A stretch of 63,018 bases of DNA, the filler included, from Octopus bimaculoides (lineage: Eukaryota): assembly GCF_001194135.2 (NCBI RefSeq). It is 5 parts of 5 records of this genome, joined end to end, with 100 filler letters (N's around TTAATTAATTAA, not from the genome) between each part and the next. Parts side by side here need not be neighbours in the genome. Positions count along the whole stretch, not along the records: positions 31,300 to 44,282 come from NC_069007.1; 4 more parts are not named here. One strand, 5' to 3'. The notes beneath the pieces were generated by a model. It was not told where the DNA came from. It made no database searches and saw only the letters and a program-made list of their open reading frames with translations. The position numbers were made by a program, and so were the translations under genes. This document shows, in pieces, positions 32,151-44,135 of this stretch (within the stretch, counting starts at the first letter, position 1; each line of letters starts with the position of its first letter).

Positions 32151-32988
32151 CTGGAGGCAAACACACACACACGCATACACATACGTATGCACACACATGC
32201 AGGCCCGCGCAGAAATACGCAATAAGAGGGAGAGNNNNNNNNNNNNNNNNNNNNNNNNNNNNNNNNNNNNNNNNNNNNNNNNNNNNNNNNNNNNNNNNNN
32301 NNNNNNNNNNNNNNNNNNNNNNNNNNNNNNNNNNNNNNNNNNNNNNNNNNNNNNNNNNNNNNNNNNNNNNNNNNNNNNNNNNNNNNNNNNNNNNNNNNNN
32401 NNNNNNNNNNNNNNNNNNNNNNNNNNNNNNNNNNNNNNNNNNNNNNNNNNNNNNNNNNNNNNNNNNNNNNNNNNNNNNNNNNNNNNNNNNNNNNNNNNNN
32501 NNNNNNNNNNNNNNNNNNNNNNNNNNNNNNNNNNNNNNNNNNNNNNNNNNNNNNNNNNNNNNNNNNNNNNNNNNNNNNNNNNNNNNNNNNNNNNNNNNNN
32601 NNNNNNNNNNNNNNNNNNNNNNNNNNNNNNNNNNNNNNNNNNNNNNNNNNNNNNNNNNNNNNNNNNNNNNNNNNNNNNNNNNNNNNNNNNNNNNNNNNNN
32701 NNNNNNNNNNNNNNNNNNNNNNNNNNNNNNNNNNNNNNNNNNNNNNNNNNNNNNNNNNNNNNNNNNNNNNNNNNNNNNNNNNNNNNNNNNNNNNNNNNNN
32801 NNNNNNNNNNNNNNNNNNNNNNNNNNNNNNNNNNNNNNNNNNNNNNNNNNNNNNNNNNNNNNNNNNNNNNNNNNNNNNNNNNNNNNNNNNNNNNNNNNNN
32901 NNNNNNNNNNNNNNNNNNNNNNNNNNNNNNNNNNNNNNNNNNNNNNNNNNNNNNNNNNNNNNNNNNNNNNNNNNNNNNNNNNNNNNNN

Positions 32989-33043
<55 letters not shown>

Positions 33044-33289
33044 AAGAGAGCAATAAACAGAAATATGCTAACACTCATAAACAGAGGGATGGAGGGAAGG
33101 TGAGAGGGAATGAAAGAAACATTAAAACGAAATATTAAAATGTCTGTCAAATAAGTCAGCGTCGAATCAGTGACGCCAAAGAAGTGGCGCCATAACGGCG
33201 GTGACAAAGCCTTATTACTATCCCCACTTAAGTTCCACCACCACCACCACCACCACCACCGAATCCTGTCGCGCGCGCGCTTTTTTTTT

Positions 33290-33530
33290 TTGTGTGTGTC
33301 TTTGTGTGTGTCTTTGTGTATGTATTTATCCCCGCTTGGCAACCGGTGTTGTTGTTTACATTCCCGTAATTTAGTGGCTCGACAAAAGTGACCGATAGAA
33401 TAAGTACCAGGTTAAAAAAGAAAAAAAGTTCTAAGGTCGATACATTCCACTAAAAATTCTTCAAGGCAGTGCCCCAGCATGGTCGCAGTCTAATGACTGA
33501 AACAACTAAAAAAAAATAAAAGATGAAAGA
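33290..33530 (+). mobile_element. SINE-like repeat family D (ttgacaaccg.tg.tggt...ccccagcatggccgcagtc.aatgactgaaacaa.taaaa)
   Basis: Related copies at about 15310-15490(-), 19155-19400(-), 24240-24428(+), 27440-27655(+). Confidence 0.75.
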
Positions 33531-33540
33531 TTAATATAGA

Positions 33541-35339
33541 TTAGGCGCGGGAGAATTGGAAGGGACTAGAACCAGATTTAGTTCAAGGATACTGGCTAAA
33601 GAAATTCAGTAGTTGACATGGGAGGCTGAGGGAACGACTTTAGGACTGCCTCAATGGAAGAATAATGCCAGATTGGATGACCAGAGGGAGGACAATACTG
33701 ATTAGGAAAGACAAGAACAAGGGTAATACAGCTGGCAACTATAGACCAACCACTGGCTCGCCATTAGTGTGGAAGCTGTTAACAGGGATGCTTTCAGAAA
33801 GCAATTACGAACACCTTGACAACCAGAAGAACAAAAAGGTTGCAGGAAGAAGGTTAGAGGAACGCACGATCTATTATACATAGACAAAGCAGTTCTAAAT
33901 GAAGTAAAAGCTAGAAAGAAAAATCTAACAATAGCATGGATAGATTATAAGAAAGCCTATGGCATGATCCCACACTCCTGGATAAGTGAATGATTGAGTA
34001 TATTCAGTAAAGCAGACGATATAAGAGAATTAATTAGCTTTAGCATGAAGAAATGGAAAGTAGATCTCTACTCAGGTGACACAGACTTAGGGAAGGTTAA
34101 TATCAAGAGATGAATTTTCCAAGGAGACCCGTTATCCCCTTAAGTATTTAACTTATGTTTGATCCCCCTCAGTTTAGTATTAAGGAAAGCAGTAGTAGGG
34201 TACCGGTTCAGAAATAGTGAAGGAAAAATGAACCGTTTGCTCTACATGGATGATCTGAAGCTTTTTAGTAAGAATGAAAAAGAGATGTATTCCTTAATAC
34301 AGACTGTAAGACTCTTCAGCAAAGATATAGGCATGGAATTTGGCATAGATAAGTAAACAATCTTAGCCATGAGAAGGGGACAGGTAGTCAACAGCGAAGG
34401 CATCCAATTACCAGACGGCTAGACATTAAAATCATTGCAAGGAGGAGAGAGTTATAAGTATCTAGGAATATTAGAATCTGACAGAGTACTAACTACAGAA
34501 ATGACAACGAAAATTGGGAAGGAGTACACCAGGAGGGTGAGCAAGCTAGTGAAGTCAAAACTAAATGGTGCGAATCTAGTGAAGGCTGTAAATACTTGGG
34601 CAGTATTATTAATTGGATACTCAGCAGCTTTTGTAGTTTGGACAAAAACTGAAGTAGCGAAGCTAGACAGAAGAACTACGAAGGAATTCAATATGAATGG
34701 AGGACTCCACCCAAGGGCAGCAATAGCATGATTATACTTACCTAGAAAGGAAGGTGGAGGAGGGTTAATATCAGTAGAAGACTGTGGAGTTAGCTAGAGT
34801 TGATATAGACTCCTATGTAGGTAACAGTGAAGAAATTTTATTAAAAGCTGCTGGAGTCACAGCAGGACATAGGGAAACCAAAATACCAAACGAACTTAGA
34901 AACCAGAAAAAAAGAAGGCGTTGCATGGTAGATTCCCAAAGATAGTTTCAGCAAATAGTAGTAGTGAGACATAGGTTATGGCTGCAGAGAGGAAAGCTGA
35001 AGAGGGAGACAGAAAGTTTGTTAATGACAGAACAAGATCAAACATTAAGGACTAATTGGATAAAAGCGAAGATAGACATAAACCAAATAAATTCCCAATG
35101 TAGGTTATACAAATCGAAAGAGGAGAGCGTTACTCATATAGTAAGTGAATGTAGCATGCTGGCACAGGAAGAATACACGAGAAGACATGACAACCTAGGG
35201 ATAGCAATCCACCGAGAGCTATGTAGAAAGCTAGGATTTCAACATACTGGTAACCGGTATGAACATGAACCTAGTAAAGCACTAGAAAGATGTGGGGCTT
35301 CAGACTGACAGAATAACAGAAGCTACAAGGCCTGATTTG

Positions 35340-35403
<64 letters not shown>

Positions 35404-35770
35404 GTAAAGAGAATAGTCAATACCAGGTAATTGACTTTGCAGTCAGAAACGATGAAAAACTTAATATCAGAAGTATAGAAGAAATAGCAAAGTACCAGGG
35501 CCTCTCCATTGAATTACAAAGACTATGGAAAGTGCGGGTAAAATGTACCCCAGGAGTTATAGGTGCATTAAGAACTATTCTTAAAGATCTGAACGGATGG
35601 ATAGAGGAAATAGGCATAAAACCCAGTTTAGTACAGTTCCAGAAAACAGTGTTATTAGGGACAGCTAGGATACTTAGGAGGGCTCTTGGTAGCTAAGGTT
35701 ACTTGTTGTAGCCCGATGTTAGGATTCTTTTCTTTTCCAACAGTCTCGTCTGTTGAGTGTATATGAATAA
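33541..35770 (+). mobile_element. R4/Dong-type non-LTR retrotransposon, 5'-truncated and inactivated (RT, zinc knuckle, restriction-like endonuclease)
   Basis: PDWMTRGRTILI..NYRP; YMDDLKLF; CRLYK...ESVTHIVSEC; RRHDNL; RPDLV..IDFAV; QKTVLLGTARILR; stops and frameshifts present. Confidence 0.92.
35340..35402 (+). repeat. (GTA)21 microsatellite inside retroelement endonuclease ORF
   Basis: In-frame poly-Val after RPDL. Confidence 0.95.
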
Positions 35771-35790
35771 TAACAATAATGATGACGACG

Positions 35791-35854
<64 letters not shown>

Positions 35855-36350
35855 GTTGTATTCATTATTATTATTATTATTATTAGTTGTTGTATTCATT
35901 GGTATTAACAATCGCTGCCATTAAGTCGTGGGGCTTCGAATGACCATTTATCTTCTGAAGATAAGCTTATACAAAAGGGACCATAACAGTTAAGAATANN
36001 NNNNNNNNNNNNNNNNNNNNNNNNNNNNNNNNNNNNNNNNNNNNNNNNNNNNNNNNNNNNNNNNNNNNNNNNNNNNNNNNNNNNNNNNNNNNNNNNNNNN
36101 NNNNNNNNNNNNNNNNNNNNNNNNNNNNNNNNNNNNNNATTATTATTATTATTATTATTATTATTAGTTGTTGTATTCATTGGTATTAACAATCGCTGCC
36201 ATTAAGTCGTGGGGCTTCGAATGACCATTTATCTTCTGAAGATAAGCTTATACAAAAGGGACCATAACAGTTAAGAATATTGAGCGATAAAATGAAAAAA
36301 TAAAAAAAGCGAAAAAAAAAAAAAACAATTAGAAAAAAATGAATTTGGAC

Positions 36351-36921
36351 ACTGTCCGGGACGCGAAATTTTTTTCCCACGAGTGTTCCAAATACGAACT
36401 CATTTGCGTACAGCCAATCAGAGCTTGACCCTCAAACTAATTTATGAGCGCATAACAAATGATGGGCAATAAGATAAGGTCACTTGGGTAAGGAATGACC
36501 ATTCTTCTTTTCTCTTTTAAGAATGCTTGTTGTTCTTGTTCTTGTTTCAAATATGGCTGCCTCTACGTAGTTATTTGTGTTGTTGTTTACTTTGTAAAAC
36601 AGTAAGAAGCGAGGGTTGCTAGCGCATCGCCCGCTACCCACATTTTTTTCCCCATCCACATCTTTACCATATGAGACCCTAACAAAATCCCATAATAGGT
36701 ATAGATGCAAATCTATCTAATTACTTGTCTCCTTCTAAAATCAGGCATAACTTGGTGATCGGTCGACTTACAACACCGTTCTTCGTCTTGAGTTTACTTG
36801 GTAGAGTGTGTTTGTCTACTTGAGAACAAGGTCAATGTGAGCTCTGATTGGTTGTATGCAAATGAGTTCATTACTCGGGTCCGGAACTCTCGCGGGAAAG
36901 ATATTTCGCGTCCGGGACTGT
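36351..36921. mobile_element. Non-autonomous DNA element with ~85-bp inverted ends
   Basis: 36351-36430 is an imperfect inverted repeat of 36830-36921. Confidence 0.65.
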
Positions 36922-37313
36922 TTCACAGATCGCCATGAATGGTGCCATGCAGCAAAATATACACTCTTACAACATGCACTGAATAATAAATAGATGGTCC
37001 AATAAAAGCAGATGTTTAACTACGCGAACAGTATCATCAATGGTCATTGGTCGACCGAGTTAACAAAATCGAGGCTGTAAAGGGTGAGGAATGCTACAGT
37101 TTATTTTACGGTGCCGTGAACAGAAAAACTGGTGGTAATGATAATAATAGTAATAACAATATTAATGAAGATCGTAACGTTACTGATATCTACGATAAAT
37201 AAAAACTACAATTAGAATAGTAAAGACATAACTTTCTTCCGATCACATATTTCTTTAGTGACAGCAAATCTGACCTTTGGCGCTATTGTTGTTGCTGCTG
37301 CTGCTGCTGCTAT

Positions 37314-37371
<58 letters not shown>

Positions 37372-38353
37372 GGTATTTGATAACATTCCACAACAACTGA
37401 ATTAGAAGCTGATTTATCAACAGCTTTCTAAAGTACTTGCAGGTTGAAGTAACATCCGTGAATTGGTCGGCGTGCGTTTAAAAGACCTTCACTTAAAGGT
37501 CAACATAGATTCAGGGACGTTATTAGCGTTGTACGAAGAAAGACAATAAATCACACGTTGATGACATTCCCACAGAAGAACCATTTTGGAAGCCAAGTTT
37601 AGAAAACTTAGCTCAGAGTAGCAAGAATAGGAACCGAGTTAAAAGAATTCGTAGCAATAACACAAATTGAAAAACCACTTCCCTCAAAGGATTATAATGT
37701 TTGATTTGAGATTTCTATTAAAATAGTTCCAGGAACTGGTAATGTCTTTGCATTGACTAACATCCAAAGACTTTGACGGTTATCATTCGAAATATTGTAC
37801 TGCTAGGCCATGACTATTTTTAGTACTTTTTAAAAGACTCCAGATCAGTTATCCAAGTCCATGTTTGTTGGTAAGACAAAAATATGGTCCCCAAGAAAAC
37901 AGCAACAGAAAAACATATCTAACGATGGTTCCATTATTTGTCTGTCGGTAATCTATAAAGCTGATCCCTAAATTAATGTCTAAAAGATACTTTACCATTT
38001 TATGGAATTTCTGCAAGCTGGGCATATGTCCAAGTCCTACATGACAATTCAGGATTTCCTTTACAGGATGGTACTGAATGATGCCAAGATACGAAAAAAG
38101 AACCTTTCATGTGCCTTGATCCATTAGATTAAGGAATTTCATTCGGTTCCATGAGGTTAGATTAACAAAATACTGAACGAGAATCAATTTACCGATACCA
38201 TGGTAAACTTGATTAAAAGAAAAATTAAGGTAATGCAAATAGTTCTTACTGCTACCATCAACACCAAGAGTGCTTCTCAATTACAACTGGAATCGATACA
38301 AAACCATTTTTATCAAAACATTCGCCAATTACTGCCTGCTATTGCATCAGGGC

Positions 38354-38389
<36 letters not shown>

Positions 38390-38406
38390 CATTATTATTA
38401 TTATTG

Positions 38407-38437
<31 letters not shown>

Positions 38438-38438
<1 letters not shown>

Positions 38439-38820
38439 GTTCAGTAGTTTTATTTTTATAACGTGCTTTCACTTCACTACCGAGCGCAGCTCTGTGCGCC
38501 TTGGGTATGTGCTGTGGTTTGCTGTGGTGCTCTTATGTTTACTGTATTGAAAGTGTTTTACGTAGGATGTGTGCAGTGTCCAGTAGTGCAATTTTCTGTA
38601 TGTTATATATATTTGTAAGTCCTGGTGTTTTTGTTATGTATTTGTCTGGATATTTTTTTTATTATACCTAAGGCACCTACTATGATAGGAATTGTTTCTG
38701 TTTTTAGATTCCACATTCAAGTTACCTCTATTTCCAGGTCTTTGTATTTTGAAAGTTTTTCCATTTCTTTTAGAGAAACGTTGTCATCTGCTGGTATTGG
38801 TACATCAATTAGAAAGCATT
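38438..38820 (-). mobile_element. R4/Dong-type 3' fragment ending in (TAA)n
   Basis: Minus strand CFLIDVPIPADDNVSLKEMEKLSKYKDLEIE...IQKIALL.TAHILRKTL. Confidence 0.85.
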
Positions 38821-39273
38821 TTTTTCTTCAAGACGCAATCAATTCATTAGAACAGCACATGTTTCAGTAGAATAGCTCAAATAGAACAAACTTCATACAA
38901 GTCTCACGCCCTATACAGCAATAAGCACCTCATACACTAAAACAACAGAGACTCACTCAATATATATTAATACATGATCAAGGGCCCATAAAATAAATCC
39001 ACTGACATTACACAACCCACACACCACATACGACAGAACAAACACTAATATAAAAGAAAAAACAAGAAACTAGGCCCCATGACAAACAAAACAAACTGAT
39101 GCAAAACACCGAAAGGAGGAGCCAACATTCCTCCGTCTCCCCACAAAAATAACGTAACACCGCACACACCACAGGAACACTGTGGTGCACTAGGTGGTGC
39201 AGTAAAAACTTTCAGGTAATTACCTAAGAAAAACAACAAAAACAGCAATAATAATAATAACAACAACAACAAC

Positions 39274-39323
<50 letters not shown>

Positions 39324-39325
<2 letters not shown>

Positions 39326-39434
39326 CCTTAGGTATAATAAAAAAATATTCAGACAAATACATAACAAAAACACCAGGACTTACAAATATATATAACATAC
39401 AGAAAATTGCACTACTGGGCACTGCACACATTCT
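39324..39434 (+). mobile_element. R4/Dong-type 3' fragment directly after (TAA)n
   Basis: ALGIIKKYSDKYITKTPGLTNIYNIQKIALLGTAH; near-identical inverted copy of 38565-38675. Confidence 0.85.
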
Positions 39435-40180
39435 NNNNNNNNNNNNNNNNNNNNNNNNNNNNNNNNNNNNNNNNNNNNNNNNNNNNNNNNNNNNNNNNNN
39501 NNNNNNNNNNNNNNNNNNNNNNNNNNNNNNNNNNNNNNNNNNNNNNNNNNNNNNNNNNNNNNNNNNNNNNNNNNNNNNNNNNNNNNNNNNNNNNNNNNNN
39601 NNNNNNNNNNNNNNNNNNNNNNNNNNNNNNNNNNNNNNNNNNNNNNNNNNNNNNNNNNNNNNNNNNNNNNNNNNNNNNNNNNNNNNNNNNNNNNNNNNNN
39701 NNNNNNNNNNNNNNNNNNNNNNNNNNNNNNNNNNNNNNNNNNNNNNNNNNNNNNNNNNNNNNNNNNNNNNNNNNNNNNNNNNNNNNNNNNNNNNNNNNNN
39801 NNNNNNNNNNNNNNNNNNNNNNNNNNNNNNNNNNNNNNNNNNNNNNNNNNNNNNNNNNNNNNNNNNNNNNNNNNNNNNNNNNNNNNNNNNNNNNNNNNNN
39901 NNNNNNNNNNNNNNNNNNNNNNNNNNNNNNNNNNNNNNNNNNNNNNNNNNNNNNNNNNNNNNNNNNNNNNNNNNNNNNNNNNNNNNNNNNNNNNNNNNNN
40001 NNNNNNNNNNNNNNNNNNNNNNNNNNNNNNNNNNNNNNNNNNNNNNNNNNNNNNNNNNNNNNNNNNNNNNNNNNNNNNNNNNNNNNNNNNNNNNNNNNNN
40101 NNNNNNNNNNNNNNNNNNNNNNNNNNNNNNNNNNNNNNNNNNNNNNNNNNNNNNNNNNNNNNNNNNNNNNNNNNNNNNNN

Positions 40181-40234
<54 letters not shown>

Positions 40235-40267
40235 TAATAATAATAATAATAATAATGATAATAATAA

Positions 40268-40575
40268 TGTGTCTTAGACAAGAATATGCTTGTTAATTGA
40301 TATGACAGTACCTTCTGATAGAAACATCTCAGCAAAGGAATTTGAAAAAAAAAAAAAAAAAACTGTCGAAATATAAGGACCTTGAAAGTGAGATGTCTAA
40401 GGCGAGGCAATTAAAAACCAAAACCTTCCCTGTTGCTGTGGGTGCTCTGGAAGTGACCAAGAAGGGCAGTGAAATATTTTTTGACCAGACCCCTGGGAAA
40501 CAAACCATGTATGAGACTCAAAACATTGTGTTGATATCAATCGCCCACATTTTCAGGAAGTTTCTTTCCATCTCC
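40268..40575 (+). mobile_element. R4/Dong-type endonuclease fragment directly after (TAA)n
   Basis: CLLIDMTVPSDRNISAKEFE..LSKYKDLESE...PVAVGALE...AHIFRKFLS. Confidence 0.85.
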
Positions 40576-40835
40576 TATACACGTGCCTTACGTCCACTCA
40601 GCTGGCAAAAATGAGTAACCCTGCGACGGACCGGGGTCTCGTCCATGGGGGGAATATATACGCTATGGAAACCGGGAAACCGGCCCTTATAAGTCGGTTT
40701 GACTCGAGCACGTAACGTTATCTTACCTTGTCTTTACCTCTTCCTTTATACAGGTTTACTGATAATCTCCATTTCACTGGAATAAAGGGTTATGACAGAA
40801 CAGGTTGTTGTTGACTGATCTAATAATCCCTTGAA

Positions 40836-41090
40836 GGCGCGAGGCTTACTGGTTAGGGCATTCGACTCACGGTCATAAGGTCGTGAGTTCGATTCCCGGC
40901 AACAAGTTGTGTCCTTGAGCAAGACACTTCATTTCAGGTTGCTCCAGTCCACTCAGCTGGCAGAAATGAGTAATCCTGTGACGGATCAGCGTTTCCTTCA
41001 GGTGGGGAACTTATGCACCACGGAAACCGGGAAACTAACCCTTTATGAGTCGGTATCACCCGAGAAGGTAACTTTACCTTTACCTTTACC
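40836..41090 (+). mobile_element. tRNA-derived SINE family C with CORE-like central motif (gtgtccttgagcaagacact)
   Basis: A box/B box head ggcgcgaggcttactggttagg...gttcgattccc; related copies at about 4790-5100, 11215-11450, 14235-14480, 42520-42720, 52311-52605. Confidence 0.8.
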
Positions 41091-41622
41091 AAGCCAGGTG
41101 TGAAATGTAAGCTTCATTTCAACCAATGAGAAGGCGAAGCCAGATATGTAATAATCAAAGGTAAACTGATAGGATTTATTTAGTAGTTAAAGATAGAAAC
41201 AAGTCCATGTGGCGTGTTACGAGTATATACACGTGAATGTAGCGTTGTCACAAGTATATGCACGTAGATGAAGGTTACAAGAGGTATTTACAGGTAACAA
41301 AACAATAACAGAAATAATAATAATGATGGTGATGATGATGTTGATGATGATGATGATAGAAAAGGCAATATTTTATCAACAAGTCTTCCCTTTGCACTTC
41401 CTGACCGGCAGGAAAAAGCTTCTTCAAAATCCCTTGCAATCCAGTCTATCTGGACCCGTTTTACGCGGGTCAGGTGAGGAAACAGACAAGACAAGTACGA
41501 AGCTAAATTAGCCGTGACGTATTTTTAAGCATGAAGTTATTAAAAAGTTAATTATAAATAATTATGGGATGAGACCTAGTTAGGCATATACACACAGAGA
41601 AAGATAGATTATATAGTTAGGC

Positions 41623-41689
<67 letters not shown>

Positions 41690-41699
41690 AAGATAGATA

Positions 41700-42500
41700 T
41701 GTTTCTTTATTAGAAACACAGGGCTGAACACAGAGGGGACAAATTACAAAGTCGAGCTTTTCTTTTTGGGGAGAAAAAAAAGTGGGGTAGGTTTTCGATC
41801 AAAAGTGATTGTAAAAAAAAAACGATCAATAGGGATCGTGTATCACAGAAATGTCATGATGTAAAGTGTAAAGGGGGAAACAGATAAGGTTTATACTTGG
41901 GAAGAAAAGCCTACGGAAAAGACCACGGTAACCTCGGCCAATAATGTCCCATGTTAGCACATAGAAACATAGATAGATAGATAGATAGATAGATAGAAAG
42001 ATTAGATAGATACATTTCTTTTATTAGCCACACAGGGCTCAACGAAGATGGGACAAATACAATGTAGAGCTTTTCTTTTTGGGAGGGGGAAGGGAAAAAA
42101 GGGGGGGTCGATCAAAAGGGATCGTAGGAAGGAAAAGGGGTGGAGTTCGATCAAAAGGGATCGAGAAAAAAAAAAAAAGGGCGATCAATAGGGATCGTGT
42201 ATCACACAGTAATGTTCTCGTGTAAAAGGAGGGGAGGACAGTTTAGGTTTGGCCGTGGAAAGAAAAGCCTACGGAAAAGACCACGGTAACCTTGGTCAAT
42301 ATTCTCATTGAAGAAACTATAACAGTAAGTGACTCTCTTCAGACTTTTTGAAAATAAAAACAGAAGGGAAAATGCAGCTCTTTTTTGCAATCTGATGACT
42401 TAAGAGGAGTAATGACAGACCACCTGGCTCCCTTTTTTAGAACTTCAGAGACTATTGGGACAAGAAAAAAGGAAGGAGTTATCCTCAAACCATCGAACAA
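41700..42500 (-). mobile_element. Two tandem 3' ends of a LINE-like element with (ATCT)n tails
   Basis: 41700-41945 and 42015-42300 are diverged direct repeats, each ending (minus strand) in aataaagaaa plus (atct)n. Confidence 0.6.
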
Positions 42501-42712
42501 GATGTCTGGAGTTTGGGACAGTAGTTAAACCCACGATCGTAGGGTCGTGGCTTAGATTCATGGGTAGGGCTTGGTGTTGTGTCCTTCAGTGAAATTGCAT
42601 ATCGTTGCATATCGTTGCAACACCTTACTGCAGAGGTCCGCCTCGCAGCTGATGTCCGTATCTTGTAAAAATGTAAACTGTCAATGACTGGGGCCCTGAT
42701 AGCTGCAGTACA

Positions 42713-42771
<59 letters not shown>

Positions 42772-43281
42772 CGACGACGACGATGACGATGACGATGACG
42801 ATGACAATAACGATGACAAGGAGGAGGAGGAGGAGGAGGAACCCTCATAGGGCAACGATGGGGCAGTCGGTGGTACTAGCGATTAAACCCGTGCCAGAGC
42901 GCAACAAATTAAGCCTTCCCCGCGTCTAGGGAAAAATGTGTGATGGCCACGGGTGGGAAGCCTCTCATCATAGGTCAATCTCCTTGATCAAGGCTATAAC
43001 CTGGAGCCGGGGGGAGGGGGAATGGGGGAGACTGTGGACTAAGAAAAAACAACAACAAGAACAATAACATCTAAAGACACAGTGATTAATTAAGGAGTCA
43101 CATTTGTTACCATGGTAACGTTGATGACGACGATCACAGATGTTTGACTTGGCTGTAACTGGAGATGCCAACAGAAGAAACTGGTTGACAGCAATCGTAA
43201 GTAGATGCCATAAGTTCGAATCTGGAGTGGGGCGATGTCATTGTTAATTTGGATCAGCTGTGTATGGGGCGTTTCGCTTCT

Positions 43282-43603
43282 ACACACACACACACACACA
43301 CACACACAGAGGCACACACACACATACACACACACATACACATACACACATGCGTACACACATACACCCATGCATACAGGCACACACACACAACCACACG
43401 CACAAAGGCACACACACGCAAACATGCAAACACACATAACCATGTTGAGGCACACACACATACATACACACACACACACACAGAGGCACAAGCACACATG
43501 CACACATGCAAACACACATACACACTCAAGCACGCACATGCATATACATACTTATACAAACGTATATACACGTAAACACACATACAAACACAAACACTTG
43601 AAT

Positions 43604-43645
<42 letters not shown>

Positions 43646-43820
43646 GCACTCACACACACAAACGCATAATTACATATATATACTCATAAACATACACATA
43701 TGCTCGTACAGATACTCACAGATACAGCGAAAACGACACACACACACTCACACACACATACACATACACACACATGTTCACAAACACACAAACACATATA
43801 CACATACACAGACACATACA
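43282..43820. repeat. Complex (CA)n-type microsatellite
   Basis: Direct inspection. Confidence 0.95.
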
Positions 43821-44089
43821 TGAAGCGATAAAACAGTTTAAAATATTTTTAAAAAACACGAGAAAAAAAAAACGAACAAAACAAACGGAAAACAACCCAT
43901 AAAAACAGTTTTTTTTTTGTTAAGTGTCACGAGAATATGACAGGGTAGGAGGCGGGGACCCGTGGGTGAACACCTTGTACCCCGGGGTGTTGAGAAGTGT
44001 CACAGAAATATGTTTGAGGGCCAATAAACTCGGTAAGTGAGCTGTGAAATGATGATGTGGACGGGTTGAGGGGAGAGTGAGAGAGAAGA

Positions 44090-44135
<46 letters not shown>

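Noticed and set aside
35869-36280. ~130-bp exact direct repeat either side of an N gap
   Set aside because: Identical copies flanking a gap are typical unmerged contig overlap.
37850-37980. GKTKIWSPRKQQQKNISNDGSIICLSVIYK, a possible host exon
   Set aside because: Better explained as a decayed RT domain remnant of the R4/Dong-like family seen nearby.
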